DNA from: Gemmatimonas sp. | GTDB lineage: Bacteria > Gemmatimonadota > Gemmatimonadetes > Gemmatimonadales > Gemmatimonadaceae | Reading direction: 5' to 3' | DNA: 64,000 nucleotides | Assembly: GCA_031414535.1 (NCBI GenBank) | Contig: JANNVQ010000040.1 | Span: 1 to 64,000, forward strand | Shown: positions 9,685 through 19,567 of the stretch, in pieces | How the letters are laid out: every line of letters starts with the position of its first letter | Numbering within the stretch: the stretch's first letter is position 1 | The notes under the pieces: model-generated | What the model was told of the DNA's origin: nothing | Databases searched by the model: none | Seen by the model: the letters and a program-made list of their open reading frames with translations, nothing else | Made by a program: the position numbers and the translations under genes

Positions 9685-10233
9685 TCACTGAGGCGCGCGA
9701 GCAGCGCTCGGCGCCAAGGCGCTACGGAGTGCGGTGACTCCCGCCGCGTTCGCAGGCCCCGTCGTGCGGAAGGTCACGCGCCCGTCGCCGTCGAGTAGGA
9801 ACAGATGGATGGTCCCCTCGCTTGTAATGCCCAAGGTCTCCTTGAACGGCCCTTTGCGGATATAGAGCGTGACGGTGACTTCACGGACTTGCTGGTCCGT
9901 GATGCCGCGCGCCATGCCACCGTCAATCCATCCCCTTAGAGGCGTCCAGCCGCTCGAAAGCGTTGGGATCTCGTAGACCTGAAGCCCTTGGTTAGCCGCA
10001 CGGAGAGCCGTGAGCTCGGGCATCCACGTGTCCACTTCACGCTGTTGCCGTTGGCGAAAGGCGACGAGAACAATGGTGCGGCCGTTGCCGAAGTCGGCGG
10101 GAAGATTGAGCTGGCGGCCCTCGAGGTTGCGGCCCGTGACGTCGGGGAAGCGCATGCCGATGGCTTGGGCTGTCGCTCGTACGGGAGAGAGGGCTAGGGC
10201 GAAGATGACGAGAAGATGCGGGAGGCGAATCAT
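9685..10233 (-). CDS. Exported thioredoxin-fold hypothetical protein (ATP10-like)
   Basis: FPDVTGRNLEG...LP, VAF, QREVDTW, LFLLDGDGRV; no CxxC. Confidence 0.65.
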   Translation of the reverse strand: MIRLPHLLVIFALALSPVRATAQAIGMRFPDVTGRNLEGRQLNLPADFGNGRTIVLVAFRQRQQREVDTWMPELTALRAANQGLQVYEIPTLSSGWTPLRGWIDGGMARGITDQQVREVTVTLYIRKGPFKETLGITSEGTIHLFLLDGDGRVTFRTTGPANAAGVTALRSALAPSAARAPQ

Positions 10234-10346
10234 CTTTTGAAGCTAGTACTGGGTCCGCGCACGATTGGTACACGGGAAAACAACGCGGCGCAGTCACTCA
10301 GTGAGCGTCGGCGCCGCAGGTTGATTTGCCCGTAAGGCTTAGTAAG

Positions 10347-10391
10347 TCGGGACGGCGGATTCGAACCCGCCACCCCCTGAACCCCATTCAG
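10347..10391 (-). pseudogene. 3' half fragment of a tRNA-Pro(GGG), att-like relic
   Basis: CTGAATGGGGTTCAGGGGGTGGCGGGTTCGAATCCGCCGTCCCGA; no D arm or 5' acceptor strand. Confidence 0.75.
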
Positions 10392-10478
10392 CCTGCGTAC
10401 GGTGCAGAGCACCATCGGCCCAGCCCGCCAAACAGCAAACGGGGCCACCCCTAAAGAGTGACCCCGCCGCTATTTGTA

Positions 10479-10552
10479 TCGGGACGACAGGATTTGAACC
10501 TGCGACCCCTTCCACCCCAAGGAAGTGCGCTACCGGGCTGCGCCACGTCCCG
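10479..10552 (-). tRNA. tRNA-Pro(GGG)
   Basis: Cloverleaf; anticodon arm CTTCC-TTGGGGT-GGAAG. Confidence 0.95.
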
Positions 10553-10954
10553 TCCGCTCAACTGCTCGGACAGAACCTCAAAGCTAGTCGCCTACCACCC
10601 CCGCTGACAACCTCATCACACCGGCTCATCACGCAGAGTCTGAAACCACCCAGGGCCCGGCCCTTCTCGCTCAAGCGCCCACAACTCGCCCAGCCACGGT
10701 CGCATCCTCGACCCTGGCGACGGCCACGCCACGCAAGGCGACGGCGAACTGACAGGTGACGCGCTTGAGACGAGCCTAGACGTCACGTGCAGCGTGGATA
10801 CCCTGCGGTGGGGTTCCGCATCCAAGACTCGCGTCGAGGTAGCGGCGCTCGTGATGGGGACCGCGCTCAAAAGCGAATAGAACCTGGCGTGAATCGCCTT
10901 TCAACGCCGCGCGAGACACATTTACCCCCTGCCCATCCACGCGCACCCCCCGCA

Positions 10955-13636
10955 ATGAACAATCGCGTCCGCCGCCTAGCCATCGCCCTCCTTCTCGCCG
11001 CTGCCTGCGTGCTCCCGCCCTGCCTAGATGCGCAGTCGGCACCCCGGCCCCCAGCAGAGGTTGATCGCTCCGGTGTCCTGCGCTGGACCGCCACCGGACG
11101 AGAGGTCTCGCTCTTCGGTGTGAACTACGCGGCGCCCTTCGCCTACGACTACCAAGCTTTCAAGACGCTCAGTATCGACCCAAAGCGCGCAATCGATCAA
11201 GATGTCGCGCATCTCGCTCGACTCGGCATCGATGCCTATCGAATCCATGTCTGGGACCGCGAAGTCAGCGACAAGCAGGGCAACCTGCTTGCCAACGAAC
11301 ACCTCGACCTGCTCGACTACCTCATTGCTCAGCTCGCTGAGCGAGGCATCAAGACCCTACTAACCCCCATCGCCTGGTGGGGTCCTGGCTACCCTGCCCC
11401 AGACCATCCCTCACCGGGATTCTCCAACGACTACACCAAGCAGCAGATGGCGGTGGATACGATGGTGCGACGCGCGCAGGCAGAGTACGTCGCGCAGTTC
11501 GTGGCCCACGTGAATCCGTACACGCAGCTCAGCTATCGCGACGACCCAAACATCATCGCCTTCGAAATCTTCAACGAGCCGTGGCACGATCTCTCCCCTC
11601 CAGAAGAGACCACGCGCTACATCAACCTGCTCGTGGCCGCGATGCGAGGCACGGGCCTCCGTAAGCCTATCTTTTATAACATCAGCGAGCACTACACGCC
11701 CGCGCACGGGCGCGCGGTGTGTGCGGCGAATATCCAAGGCGTGAGCGCGCAATGGTATCCCACGGGACTGGTGCGCGGCGGCACGCTGCCAGGCAATCCT
11801 CTTCCCAACGTTGATCGCTATCCACTGCCGTGGACGGAGTTTCCCGACTGCGCCAACAAGGCGCGGATGGTCTACGAATTTGACGGCGCCGACGTCGCGA
11901 TGCCGGTGATGTATCCGGCGATGGCGCGCGCCTTCCGCGGCGCCGGTTTCCAGTGGGCCACGCAGTTCGCGTACGATCCGCTCGCCATTGCGCACACCAA
12001 CACTGAGTATCAGACGCATTTCCTGAATCTCGTCTACACGCCCGCTAAGGCCATCAGCTTTCTCATCGCCGGCGAAGTCTTCAGGCAGATTCCGCGCGGT
12101 TTCGATGCAGGTGTCTATCCGGCGAGTGAACGCTTCGGAGCATTTCGCACGAGTTACGCGGAACAGTTGAGTGAGTACGTGGGCGATTCTGTCTTTGCCC
12201 ACACGGGTCACACTGCGACCCCGCCCAAATCAGCGGGCGCACTACGACACGTGGCTGGTGTCGGTCACTCGCCGGTGGTGGCCTACGATGGAAGCGGCGC
12301 GTACTTCCTCGATCGACTCGCGCCGGGCGTGTGGAGACTGGAAGTGTTTCCCGATGCCGTACCGGTGGAAGATCCGCACTCGCGCGGCAACCTGCGACGC
12401 ACAGTCACTCGCGTGTACTGGCGCAGCCACGATATGCGCATCTCACTCCCAGACCTCGGCGCGGGCTTCAGTGTTGTACCACTGGACGCGGGGAATACGC
12501 ATCGTCCGCAGGTTTCGGCGGAAGTGGTCAGTCTGCGTCCGGGAGTGTATCTCCTGACGCGCTCCGGAATCTCGGCTGCAGGCTTTGACGCCGATCGCAT
12601 TATTGGCGCGCACAGGCTGGGAGAGTTTTATGCGCCTGCTACTTCAGAAGGCTCGACCGTGGTACGTCACGAAGCGCCGCCCAGCATCGGCACGGGAGAA
12701 TCGCTTCCACTGCGCTTCGACATCGCACAGGCCAGCGCCCCGGATTCCGTCTTGCTGTTCGCGCGCTACGCAGGTTGGCAGGGGTTCCGGCGCGGCGTGC
12801 GCCTCATCAGTGATGGGCCCTACTCGTATCGTGGCAACTTGCAGGCAGACACGGGGCGCACCGGACTGCTGGAGTACGCGCTAACGGTGTTCAATGACGG
12901 CGTTGCAACGAGCTATCCGGGCGCACAACCGGGGGTACCGAGCGCGTGGGACTACGCGGGCGCGCAGTCTTGGACCACGCAGGTTGACGCTCCCACCCAA
13001 GCCTTGGTGTTGTTCGATGCCGCTCGCGACCGTGCACAAACGGTCGGGCCCGGCTGGATGGACGGCATGCGACCGCTCGATGATTGGGTAGCGGGCTCGG
13101 CGCCGGAGCGCAGGGCCTGGGCGCTTGGTGTGGAACGCTTCGGGCCAAGCGTGCAGCACGTCGCCTTCCGCAGTGTGTTGCCGGCGGCGCTTCGGGCTCG
13201 TGTGCGTGAACGTGCTCGCGAGCCTGTTCGCGAGCCTGTTCTTCGCGCCGGCGCCGCTACACCGCGCGCGAGCGTATCGGGCGCTAGCCTCAGTGTTCGT
13301 GTTCGCTCGCGGTCCGCCGCGCCTAGTTCGATTGAGATTGCGCTTGTACTGAGCGATGGTAGCGCTTGGGGCACTACGCTCAACGTGAGCAGCGATTGGT
13401 CCGACCTCAGCATTCCACTCGATCAACTGCAACGTGTCCCGCTGGTGCTACTGCCGCGTCCGTTCCCGGGATTTCTGCCCTACGACCTGACGTCCCGCAG
13501 CACAGCCAATCAGCCATCGCTCGACAAGCTCGAAGCCATTCAGTGGGGCTTCAGGCGTGGAGCGAGCTCTACTGATAGCAGCGGTATGCACATCGAAATC
13601 GAACGCGTTGAGTTGCGTGTTCCGATGGCGAGGTAG
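10955..13636 (+). CDS. Secreted GH5-like (clan GH-A) glycoside hydrolase, multidomain
   Basis: Signal peptide at ATG 10955; GVNY, YRIH, FEIFNEP acid/base, MVYEFD nucleophile. Confidence 0.8.
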   Translation: MNNRVRRLAIALLLAAACVLPPCLDAQSAPRPPAEVDRSGVLRWTATGREVSLFGVNYAAPFAYDYQAFKTLSIDPKRAIDQDVAHLARLGIDAYRIHVWDREVSDKQGNLLANEHLDLLDYLIAQLAERGIKTLLTPIAWWGPGYPAPDHPSPGFSNDYTKQQMAVDTMVRRAQAEYVAQFVAHVNPYTQLSYRDDPNIIAFEIFNEPWHDLSPPEETTRYINLLVAAMRGTGLRKPIFYNISEHYTPAHGRAVCAANIQGVSAQWYPTGLVRGGTLPGNPLPNVDRYPLPWTEFPDCANKARMVYEFDGADVAMPVMYPAMARAFRGAGFQWATQFAYDPLAIAHTNTEYQTHFLNLVYTPAKAISFLIAGEVFRQIPRGFDAGVYPASERFGAFRTSYAEQLSEYVGDSVFAHTGHTATPPKSAGALRHVAGVGHSPVVAYDGSGAYFLDRLAPGVWRLEVFPDAVPVEDPHSRGNLRRTVTRVYWRSHDMRISLPDLGAGFSVVPLDAGNTHRPQVSAEVVSLRPGVYLLTRSGISAAGFDADRIIGAHRLGEFYAPATSEGSTVVRHEAPPSIGTGESLPLRFDIAQASAPDSVLLFARYAGWQGFRRGVRLISDGPYSYRGNLQADTGRTGLLEYALTVFNDGVATSYPGAQPGVPSAWDYAGAQSWTTQVDAPTQALVLFDAARDRAQTVGPGWMDGMRPLDDWVAGSAPERRAWALGVERFGPSVQHVAFRSVLPAALRARVRERAREPVREPVLRAGAATPRASVSGASLSVRVRSRSAAPSSIEIALVLSDGSAWGTTLNVSSDWSDLSIPLDQLQRVPLVLLPRPFPGFLPYDLTSRSTANQPSLDKLEAIQWGFRRGASSTDSSGMHIEIERVELRVPMAR

Positions 13637-13640
13637 GAAG

Positions 13641-16277
13641 ATGGATCGCAGGCACTTCGTGACTCGGGTCGCCGCAGGGAGTGGCGCGATTGCACTCGCC
13701 AGTTCCACGGCGCTCGATACCCTGACGGCTCTGGCCCCAGCGCCGCGGGGCGTGCAGGCGCTCAACGATACTTGGCGCTTCACTCGCGTCTCCAACGAAC
13801 CGGCTGACACTACAGCGGCTGACGTTGCAATGGCCTCGCCGGCATTTGACGACGCGCATTGGGATCGGGTGGCTCTCCCTCACACCGCGAGCATCGAGGC
13901 ACTCGTCACCGGCGCGCCTGGCTCTGAGACCGCGCAGTGGCAGGGCCTGTGTTGGTACCGCCGCAGTATCACGCTTGACTCCGCTGCCTCCGGCTCGCAG
14001 GTGTGGTTGCGATTCGGCGCTGCGATGAACGTCGCCGACGTTTGGCTCGATGGCCGCCCACTTGGACGCAACCTCGGGGGCTTCACACCCTTCGCGTTCG
14101 ACATCACGGATCGCATCACGGCGGGCGTCCCCGCACTGCTCGCCTTGCGGCTCGACAACCGCGATAACGCCACCACCGGCCCCAAGCCGCTCGCCGACCT
14201 CGACTTCAATATGTACGGCGGCCTCTACCGGCAGGTCGAGCTCGTGGTGAAGGATTCCCTGCACATCACGGATGCCATCCTTGCCGACCGCGTCGGGAGC
14301 GGTGGCCTGCTCGTGCAGATTCCCTCAGCCAACGCCGAGCGCGCAACGGTGCGGGTGCACGTGCATCTGCGCAATGCTGGCGAGCGCGAGCGTAATTGCC
14401 AGATCCAGTTCCGCCTCGAACGTCTGGGCGCGGAGGAGACAGTGGCTCGCGCATCGCGCTCAGTGCTAATGGCCGCCAACTCAGAGCGAGAAGTCGTGGT
14501 TGAGTTGGACGTGCTGCGCCCGGCACTCTGGTCGCCGCAGTCGCCCGCCTTGCACGTCTTGCGCACTGAGGTTGTGGAAGACGAGCGCGTGGTTGATAGC
14601 GAATCCACGCGCGTCGGCATCCGGCGCTTCGAACTCAGCGCGGCCGGCCTGCGCATCAACGGCGAGAAGCAGTTCCTGCGCGGCACCAACCGCCATCAGG
14701 AATATCCGTACGTCGGCTACGCGCTTTCCGACGATGCCCAGTACCGCGATGCTCGTCTCATCAAGGATGCTGGCTTCGATTACATCCGCCTCTCGCACTA
14801 CCTGCATGCGCCGGCCTTTATGGATGCCTGCGACGAACTCGGCATCCTCGTGATGAACTGCATTCCGGGCTGGCAGTACTTCAACAGGACTGATGAGCGG
14901 TTCACGGAGTTGCAGTACGAGAACATTCGGCGAATGATTCGTCGCGACCGCAATCACGCCTGCGTGCTGCTCTGGGAGACTTCGCTCAACGAAACCGCGA
15001 TGCCAGCGCCGTTCATTGAACGCTCGCAGGCCATTGGACACGAGGAACTCCCCGGCGACCAGACCTTCACCTGCGGCTGGTCCGATGGCTACGACGTGTT
15101 CATCCAAGCGAGACAGCACGGCGGCTGTACGAAGGAGACCAGTCGCCCCTGCGTGGTGAGCGAATACGGGGACTGGGAGTACTACGCGCAGAACGCAGGA
15201 CTCAATCAACAGGCGTGGGCCAATCTCGTGCCTGACCACGCCAACAGTAGGCAGTTGCGCTGGCACGGTGAAGCACGCTTGCTCCAGCAAGCAACCAACT
15301 TTCAGGAAGCGCACAACGACAATCGCAAGACTATCGCCTTTGCCGACGGGCTCTGGGTGATGTTCGACTACAACCGGGGATACGCGCCAGACGTCGAGTC
15401 CTCGGGTTGCGCCGATCTTTTTCGCGTTCCTAAGCTCTCGTACCACTTCTTTCGGTCACAGCGCGAGGCATCGGAGCGCAGCGCGAACAGTGCTGGCGGG
15501 CCGATGGTCTTTATCGCGAGCCAGTGGACCGCGTCATCATCGCTGGCGGTTCGTGTGTTTAGCAATGCGGAGGAGGTCGCTCTGTCGCTCAACGGACGGG
15601 CGTTAGCCCGTCAGCGGCCGGACGCAGATCGTCTCACGACTCATCTTGCGCATCCACCCTTTACGTTCCAAGTGCCGAGCTTCGTGCCTGGTACACTCAC
15701 GGCGACTGCCTTCATAGGCGGGCACGCAGTTGCGCGGCACGAGTTGCGCACGCCAGGTGCCATCGCGGGGCTGCAATTGCGTTTGGATGAGCAGGGACGG
15801 CCCTTTGGCGGCCGCGGCAAGGACCTGGCCTTCCTGCACGCGTCTTTGGTGGATGCCTCTGGCACGCTTGTCGTGGATGCCTGGGAGAACGTCGCCTTTG
15901 GGACCACCGGCCCGGTGCAACTCATCGGTGCCAATCCTTATTCCAGCGAAGGGGGCATCGCGAGCGTGCTACTCAGCACGGAAGCCTGGCGCCCACGCGG
16001 CGCCGCCTTCGCCCTCGCGATGATCCCTCGCGAGCATGTGATACAGCTTGTCTCCGCTTCGCTCGATGTCGGCGGCCGCGCTGCGCGTCATACCCTCCGC
16101 TACACCACCGATGGGTCAGACCCAGACGCCACATCGCCGGTGTACCGTCAGCCCATTGAGAACACGCAGTCCCTGAACGCTGCAGTGTTCGTGAACGGCC
16201 GCGCTGTCGCTCGACTCTCCTCTGCAGCTCCTAAGTTTCGCGTCGCCGGCAGCACCGCTCCTACTCCTGCACCCTAG
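13641..16277 (+). CDS. Tat-exported GH2 glycoside hydrolase (beta-galactosidase-like)
   Basis: MDRRHF Tat motif; YGGLYR, GTNRHQ, IRLSHY, RDRNH, LNE, VSEYG. Confidence 0.9.
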   Translation: MDRRHFVTRVAAGSGAIALASSTALDTLTALAPAPRGVQALNDTWRFTRVSNEPADTTAADVAMASPAFDDAHWDRVALPHTASIEALVTGAPGSETAQWQGLCWYRRSITLDSAASGSQVWLRFGAAMNVADVWLDGRPLGRNLGGFTPFAFDITDRITAGVPALLALRLDNRDNATTGPKPLADLDFNMYGGLYRQVELVVKDSLHITDAILADRVGSGGLLVQIPSANAERATVRVHVHLRNAGERERNCQIQFRLERLGAEETVARASRSVLMAANSEREVVVELDVLRPALWSPQSPALHVLRTEVVEDERVVDSESTRVGIRRFELSAAGLRINGEKQFLRGTNRHQEYPYVGYALSDDAQYRDARLIKDAGFDYIRLSHYLHAPAFMDACDELGILVMNCIPGWQYFNRTDERFTELQYENIRRMIRRDRNHACVLLWETSLNETAMPAPFIERSQAIGHEELPGDQTFTCGWSDGYDVFIQARQHGGCTKETSRPCVVSEYGDWEYYAQNAGLNQQAWANLVPDHANSRQLRWHGEARLLQQATNFQEAHNDNRKTIAFADGLWVMFDYNRGYAPDVESSGCADLFRVPKLSYHFFRSQREASERSANSAGGPMVFIASQWTASSSLAVRVFSNAEEVALSLNGRALARQRPDADRLTTHLAHPPFTFQVPSFVPGTLTATAFIGGHAVARHELRTPGAIAGLQLRLDEQGRPFGGRGKDLAFLHASLVDASGTLVVDAWENVAFGTTGPVQLIGANPYSSEGGIASVLLSTEAWRPRGAAFALAMIPREHVIQLVSASLDVGGRAARHTLRYTTDGSDPDATSPVYRQPIENTQSLNAAVFVNGRAVARLSSAAPKFRVAGSTAPTPAP

Positions 16278-17468
16278 ATGACTGAGTTCTCTTCATTGCC
16301 GGCTCCGGCGCGGGCCGTCCTCAACGACTTTACCGAGCAGCACGGCGTCTTACCTGAGTTCCTCGTACGGGCGCCTGGGCGCGTCAATCTGATTGGCGAG
16401 CACACGGACTACAACGATGGCTTCGTCCTCCCGCTAGCCATTGAGCGCGCAGTGTGGATTGCGCTCTCGGCAAATGGCACGCCACTCGTACAGGTTACCG
16501 CGCTCGACAAGCAGGAGTCGGGCACGATTGACCTCAAGGCCTTCGCACGCGGCGGTCCATCCTGGCTCGAGTATCTGCGTGGGTCAGCCTTCGCATTGCA
16601 TCACGCGGGGGGCGCACTTCAGGGTTGGACCGGCTCCGTGGCTGGTGACGTCCCACTTGGCGCTGGTCTCTCATCAAGCGCCGCCGTCGAGCTCGCGACC
16701 CTTCGCGCATTCGCGGCAGTAGGCAACATTCCCTGGGACGCACCCGCGATGGCACTCCTCGGCCAACGCGCCGAAAACGCTTGGGTGGGCGTGAACTGCG
16801 GCATTATGGATCAGATGATCTCCGCGACAGGCGCCGATGGGCACGCGGTACTCATTGATTGCCGCACACTCGGACTGTCAGCTGTCCCAATGCCGCGTGA
16901 TGTGGTGGTGGTCGTGATGGACACGTCCACGCGCCGTGGCTTGATGGACTCGGCGTACAACGAGCGCCGCGAGCAGTGTGAAGCCGCCGCTAAGCATTTT
17001 GGCGTTAATGCCCTCCGCGACGTCTCGCTCGGACGCTTCCAAGCTGAGGCCGGCGCACTCGATGAGCTCACACGCCGACGCGCTCGGCACGTAGTAACCG
17101 AGAACGCGCGCACCGTTGAAGCCGCGCAGGCCCTTCGCGCCGGAGACGCCAAGCGCGTCGGGGAACTGATGGACCAGAGCCACGAAAGCCTACGTGACGA
17201 TTTCGAGGTGTCATCTGCGGCGCTCAATGCCATCGTCTCCATCTCGCGGCCGCTGCCCGGCTGCCTCGGAGCGAGGATGACAGGAGCCGGCTTTGGCGGC
17301 TGCGCCGTGGCATTGGTGGAGAAGCAGCTGGCCACGGCGTTCTCGGCTCAGGTGTTGGCGGAGTACACGCGACAGACAGGAAGTACCGCCGAGTTGTACG
17401 TCACCACCGCCCAGCCTGGTGCCTCTGTGCTCGGGCGCGAGGAGCTCGCGCGGCTCGCCAGAGTATGA
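16278..17468 (+). CDS. galK: Galactokinase
   Basis: APGRVNLIGEHTDYN, PLGAGLSSSAA, CGIMDQ, GARMTGAGFGG. Confidence 0.97.
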   Translation: MTEFSSLPAPARAVLNDFTEQHGVLPEFLVRAPGRVNLIGEHTDYNDGFVLPLAIERAVWIALSANGTPLVQVTALDKQESGTIDLKAFARGGPSWLEYLRGSAFALHHAGGALQGWTGSVAGDVPLGAGLSSSAAVELATLRAFAAVGNIPWDAPAMALLGQRAENAWVGVNCGIMDQMISATGADGHAVLIDCRTLGLSAVPMPRDVVVVVMDTSTRRGLMDSAYNERREQCEAAAKHFGVNALRDVSLGRFQAEAGALDELTRRRARHVVTENARTVEAAQALRAGDAKRVGELMDQSHESLRDDFEVSSAALNAIVSISRPLPGCLGARMTGAGFGGCAVALVEKQLATAFSAQVLAEYTRQTGSTAELYVTTAQPGASVLGREELARLARV

Positions 17469-18523
17469 GCAACCCGAAGCTCGAATCGCTAGGCCGAGCC
17501 TCCGATGGAGAGGAGCTCTTCGCCTGCACCCTGATGGCAGACAACGGAATGCAAATGCGCGTGCTGAACCTCGGCGGCATCGTGCAGTCGCTACAGGTTC
17601 CCGATGCCACAGGCGCCCTCGCTGACGTCGTGCTCGGTTACGACAACGCCGCGGACTATCTCGACGATCGCTACTACTTCGGGGCGATTATCGGGCGCTA
17701 CGCCAACCGCATTGCCGGGGCGTCCTTCGTACTTGATGGCCGCACGATCAGGCTGACCGCGAATCAGGGACGCAACCATCTTCACGGTGGAAGGCGCGGT
17801 TTTAGCAACATGCGCTGGGCGATGACGCCGTTCACGAAGCCTTCTGCTCAGGGCGTGAGACTGCAATACATCAGCGTTGATGAGGAGGAGGGATTTCCAG
17901 GCAGGCTCACCACCACGGTGACATACACCCTCACCGACACGGGCGTCTGGGATGTTGAGTGCTCTGCCGCGGCTGTGGAGGCGACGGTGGTCAACCTCAC
18001 CCAGCACAGCTATTTCAATCTTGCTGGAGGTGGCAGTGCCGGCGAGCATCTGTTGAGCATCGCGAGCGACCGCTACCTGCCTCAGGACTCAGAACAGATT
18101 CCCACTGGCGCGATTGTCACGGTCGCCGACACGGGCTTCGACCTCCGCCGCCCGCGTCTCATTCGTGAGATCCAGAAGTCACCAGAGCTTTTGAGTAACG
18201 GACTTGATCACTCCTTCGTCCTTGCGCAGGCGCCCGACTCCTTGGTTGCTGCCGCAGAGCTGGTTCACGAAGGCAGCGGGCGCGTGCTCACGGTTTCCAC
18301 CACTGCGCCGAGCCTGCATTGCTACACCGCGCGTTACTTGGACGCTGTTCCCGGAAAGTTGGGGGCCCGTTACAATTCTTTCGATGCCGTATGCCTTGAG
18401 GCGCAGCATTTCCCCGACTCGCCACACCACGCGCACTTTCCGAGCACAATTGTGCGCCCCGGGCAACCGTATCAGTCGCGCACGCGTTTCGCCTTCACCA
18501 CGCGCAACCGAGCAGATACATGA
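17465..18523 (+). CDS. galM: Aldose 1-epimerase (galactose mutarotase)
   Basis: [31 protein letters not shown]. Confidence 0.95.
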   Translation: MSNPKLESLGRASDGEELFACTLMADNGMQMRVLNLGGIVQSLQVPDATGALADVVLGYDNAADYLDDRYYFGAIIGRYANRIAGASFVLDGRTIRLTANQGRNHLHGGRRGFSNMRWAMTPFTKPSAQGVRLQYISVDEEEGFPGRLTTTVTYTLTDTGVWDVECSAAAVEATVVNLTQHSYFNLAGGGSAGEHLLSIASDRYLPQDSEQIPTGAIVTVADTGFDLRRPRLIREIQKSPELLSNGLDHSFVLAQAPDSLVAAAELVHEGSGRVLTVSTTAPSLHCYTARYLDAVPGKLGARYNSFDAVCLEAQHFPDSPHHAHFPSTIVRPGQPYQSRTRFAFTTRNRADT

Positions 18524-19563
18524 GCGACAATCTTCTACTGACTCGCGTACACCGTCGCTACAACCCGCTTACCGATAGCTGGGTGCTGGTCTCCCCTCAT
18601 CGCGCGAGGCGCCCGTGGCAAGGCAAGACCGAGAGCCTGCCCGTAAGCGCGCGTCCCCCGCACGACCCCAACTGCTATCTCTGCGCTGGCAACACGCGAG
18701 CCAACGGCGAGTCGAATCCAGACTACAAGGGCACTTACGTGTTCGATAATGACTTCGCGGCGCTACAGATGGACGCACCCGCCGGAGATCTCGACGAACA
18801 GGGCCTCCTCCGCGCGAGCGCAGAAATCGGCATCTGCAAAGTCATTTGCTTCTCACCGCGGCACGATCACACGCTCGCCGATATGGACGTGACGGGGATT
18901 CGTCGCGTCGTGGACACCTGGGTGGACGAGACTCGTCGCCTAGGCGCGCTGGACGAGATCAAGCACGTGCAGATCTTCGAGAACAAGGGCGAGGTGATGG
19001 GATGCAGCAACCCGCACCCGCACGGACAGATCTGGGCCCAGGGCTCATTGCCGGAGGAGGTGGCCAAGGAAGCGCGTCAGCAGCAGCGGCACTTTGAGTC
19101 ACAGGGGCGCACGCTGCTCGGTGACTATCTCGCGCTTGAGGAAGAACGTGGTCAACGCATCGTGTGTGCCAATGCGCACTTCACGGTGCTTGTCCCCTTC
19201 TGGACCGTGTGGCCCTACGAGACGCTAGTCATTTCCCGGCGGCCAATGCCTTCACTGCTCGAGCTCACGGGCGAGGAGCGCGACGGCCTCGCCGACATCC
19301 TCAGGCGGCTCGCGCGACGCTACGACAATCTCTTCGGCGTCTCGTTTCCGTACTCCGCCGGCGTGCATCAGGCGCCAACTGATGGCGCCGCGCATCCGGA
19401 GTGGCACTTACACCTGCACTTCTATCCGCCCCTGCTACGCTCGGCCACCATCAAGAAGTTTATGGTCGGATACGAAATGCTCGGGATGCCTCAGCGCGAC
19501 ATCACTGCCGAAACCAGCGCCGACCAACTCCGAGCCTGCTCCGAAGAGCAGGCCCAGCGCTAA
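18520..19563 (+). CDS. galT: Galactose-1-phosphate uridylyltransferase
   Basis: [33 protein letters not shown]. Confidence 0.97.
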   Translation: MSDNLLLTRVHRRYNPLTDSWVLVSPHRARRPWQGKTESLPVSARPPHDPNCYLCAGNTRANGESNPDYKGTYVFDNDFAALQMDAPAGDLDEQGLLRASAEIGICKVICFSPRHDHTLADMDVTGIRRVVDTWVDETRRLGALDEIKHVQIFENKGEVMGCSNPHPHGQIWAQGSLPEEVAKEARQQQRHFESQGRTLLGDYLALEEERGQRIVCANAHFTVLVPFWTVWPYETLVISRRPMPSLLELTGEERDGLADILRRLARRYDNLFGVSFPYSAGVHQAPTDGAAHPEWHLHLHFYPPLLRSATIKKFMVGYEMLGMPQRDITAETSADQLRACSEEQAQR

Positions 19564-19567
19564 CCCG

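Noticed and set aside
10556..10954. Long intergenic region as ncRNA, or TGAATCGCCTTTCA as a LacI/GalR operator
   Set aside because: No recognisable RNA family and a weak match to the operator consensus
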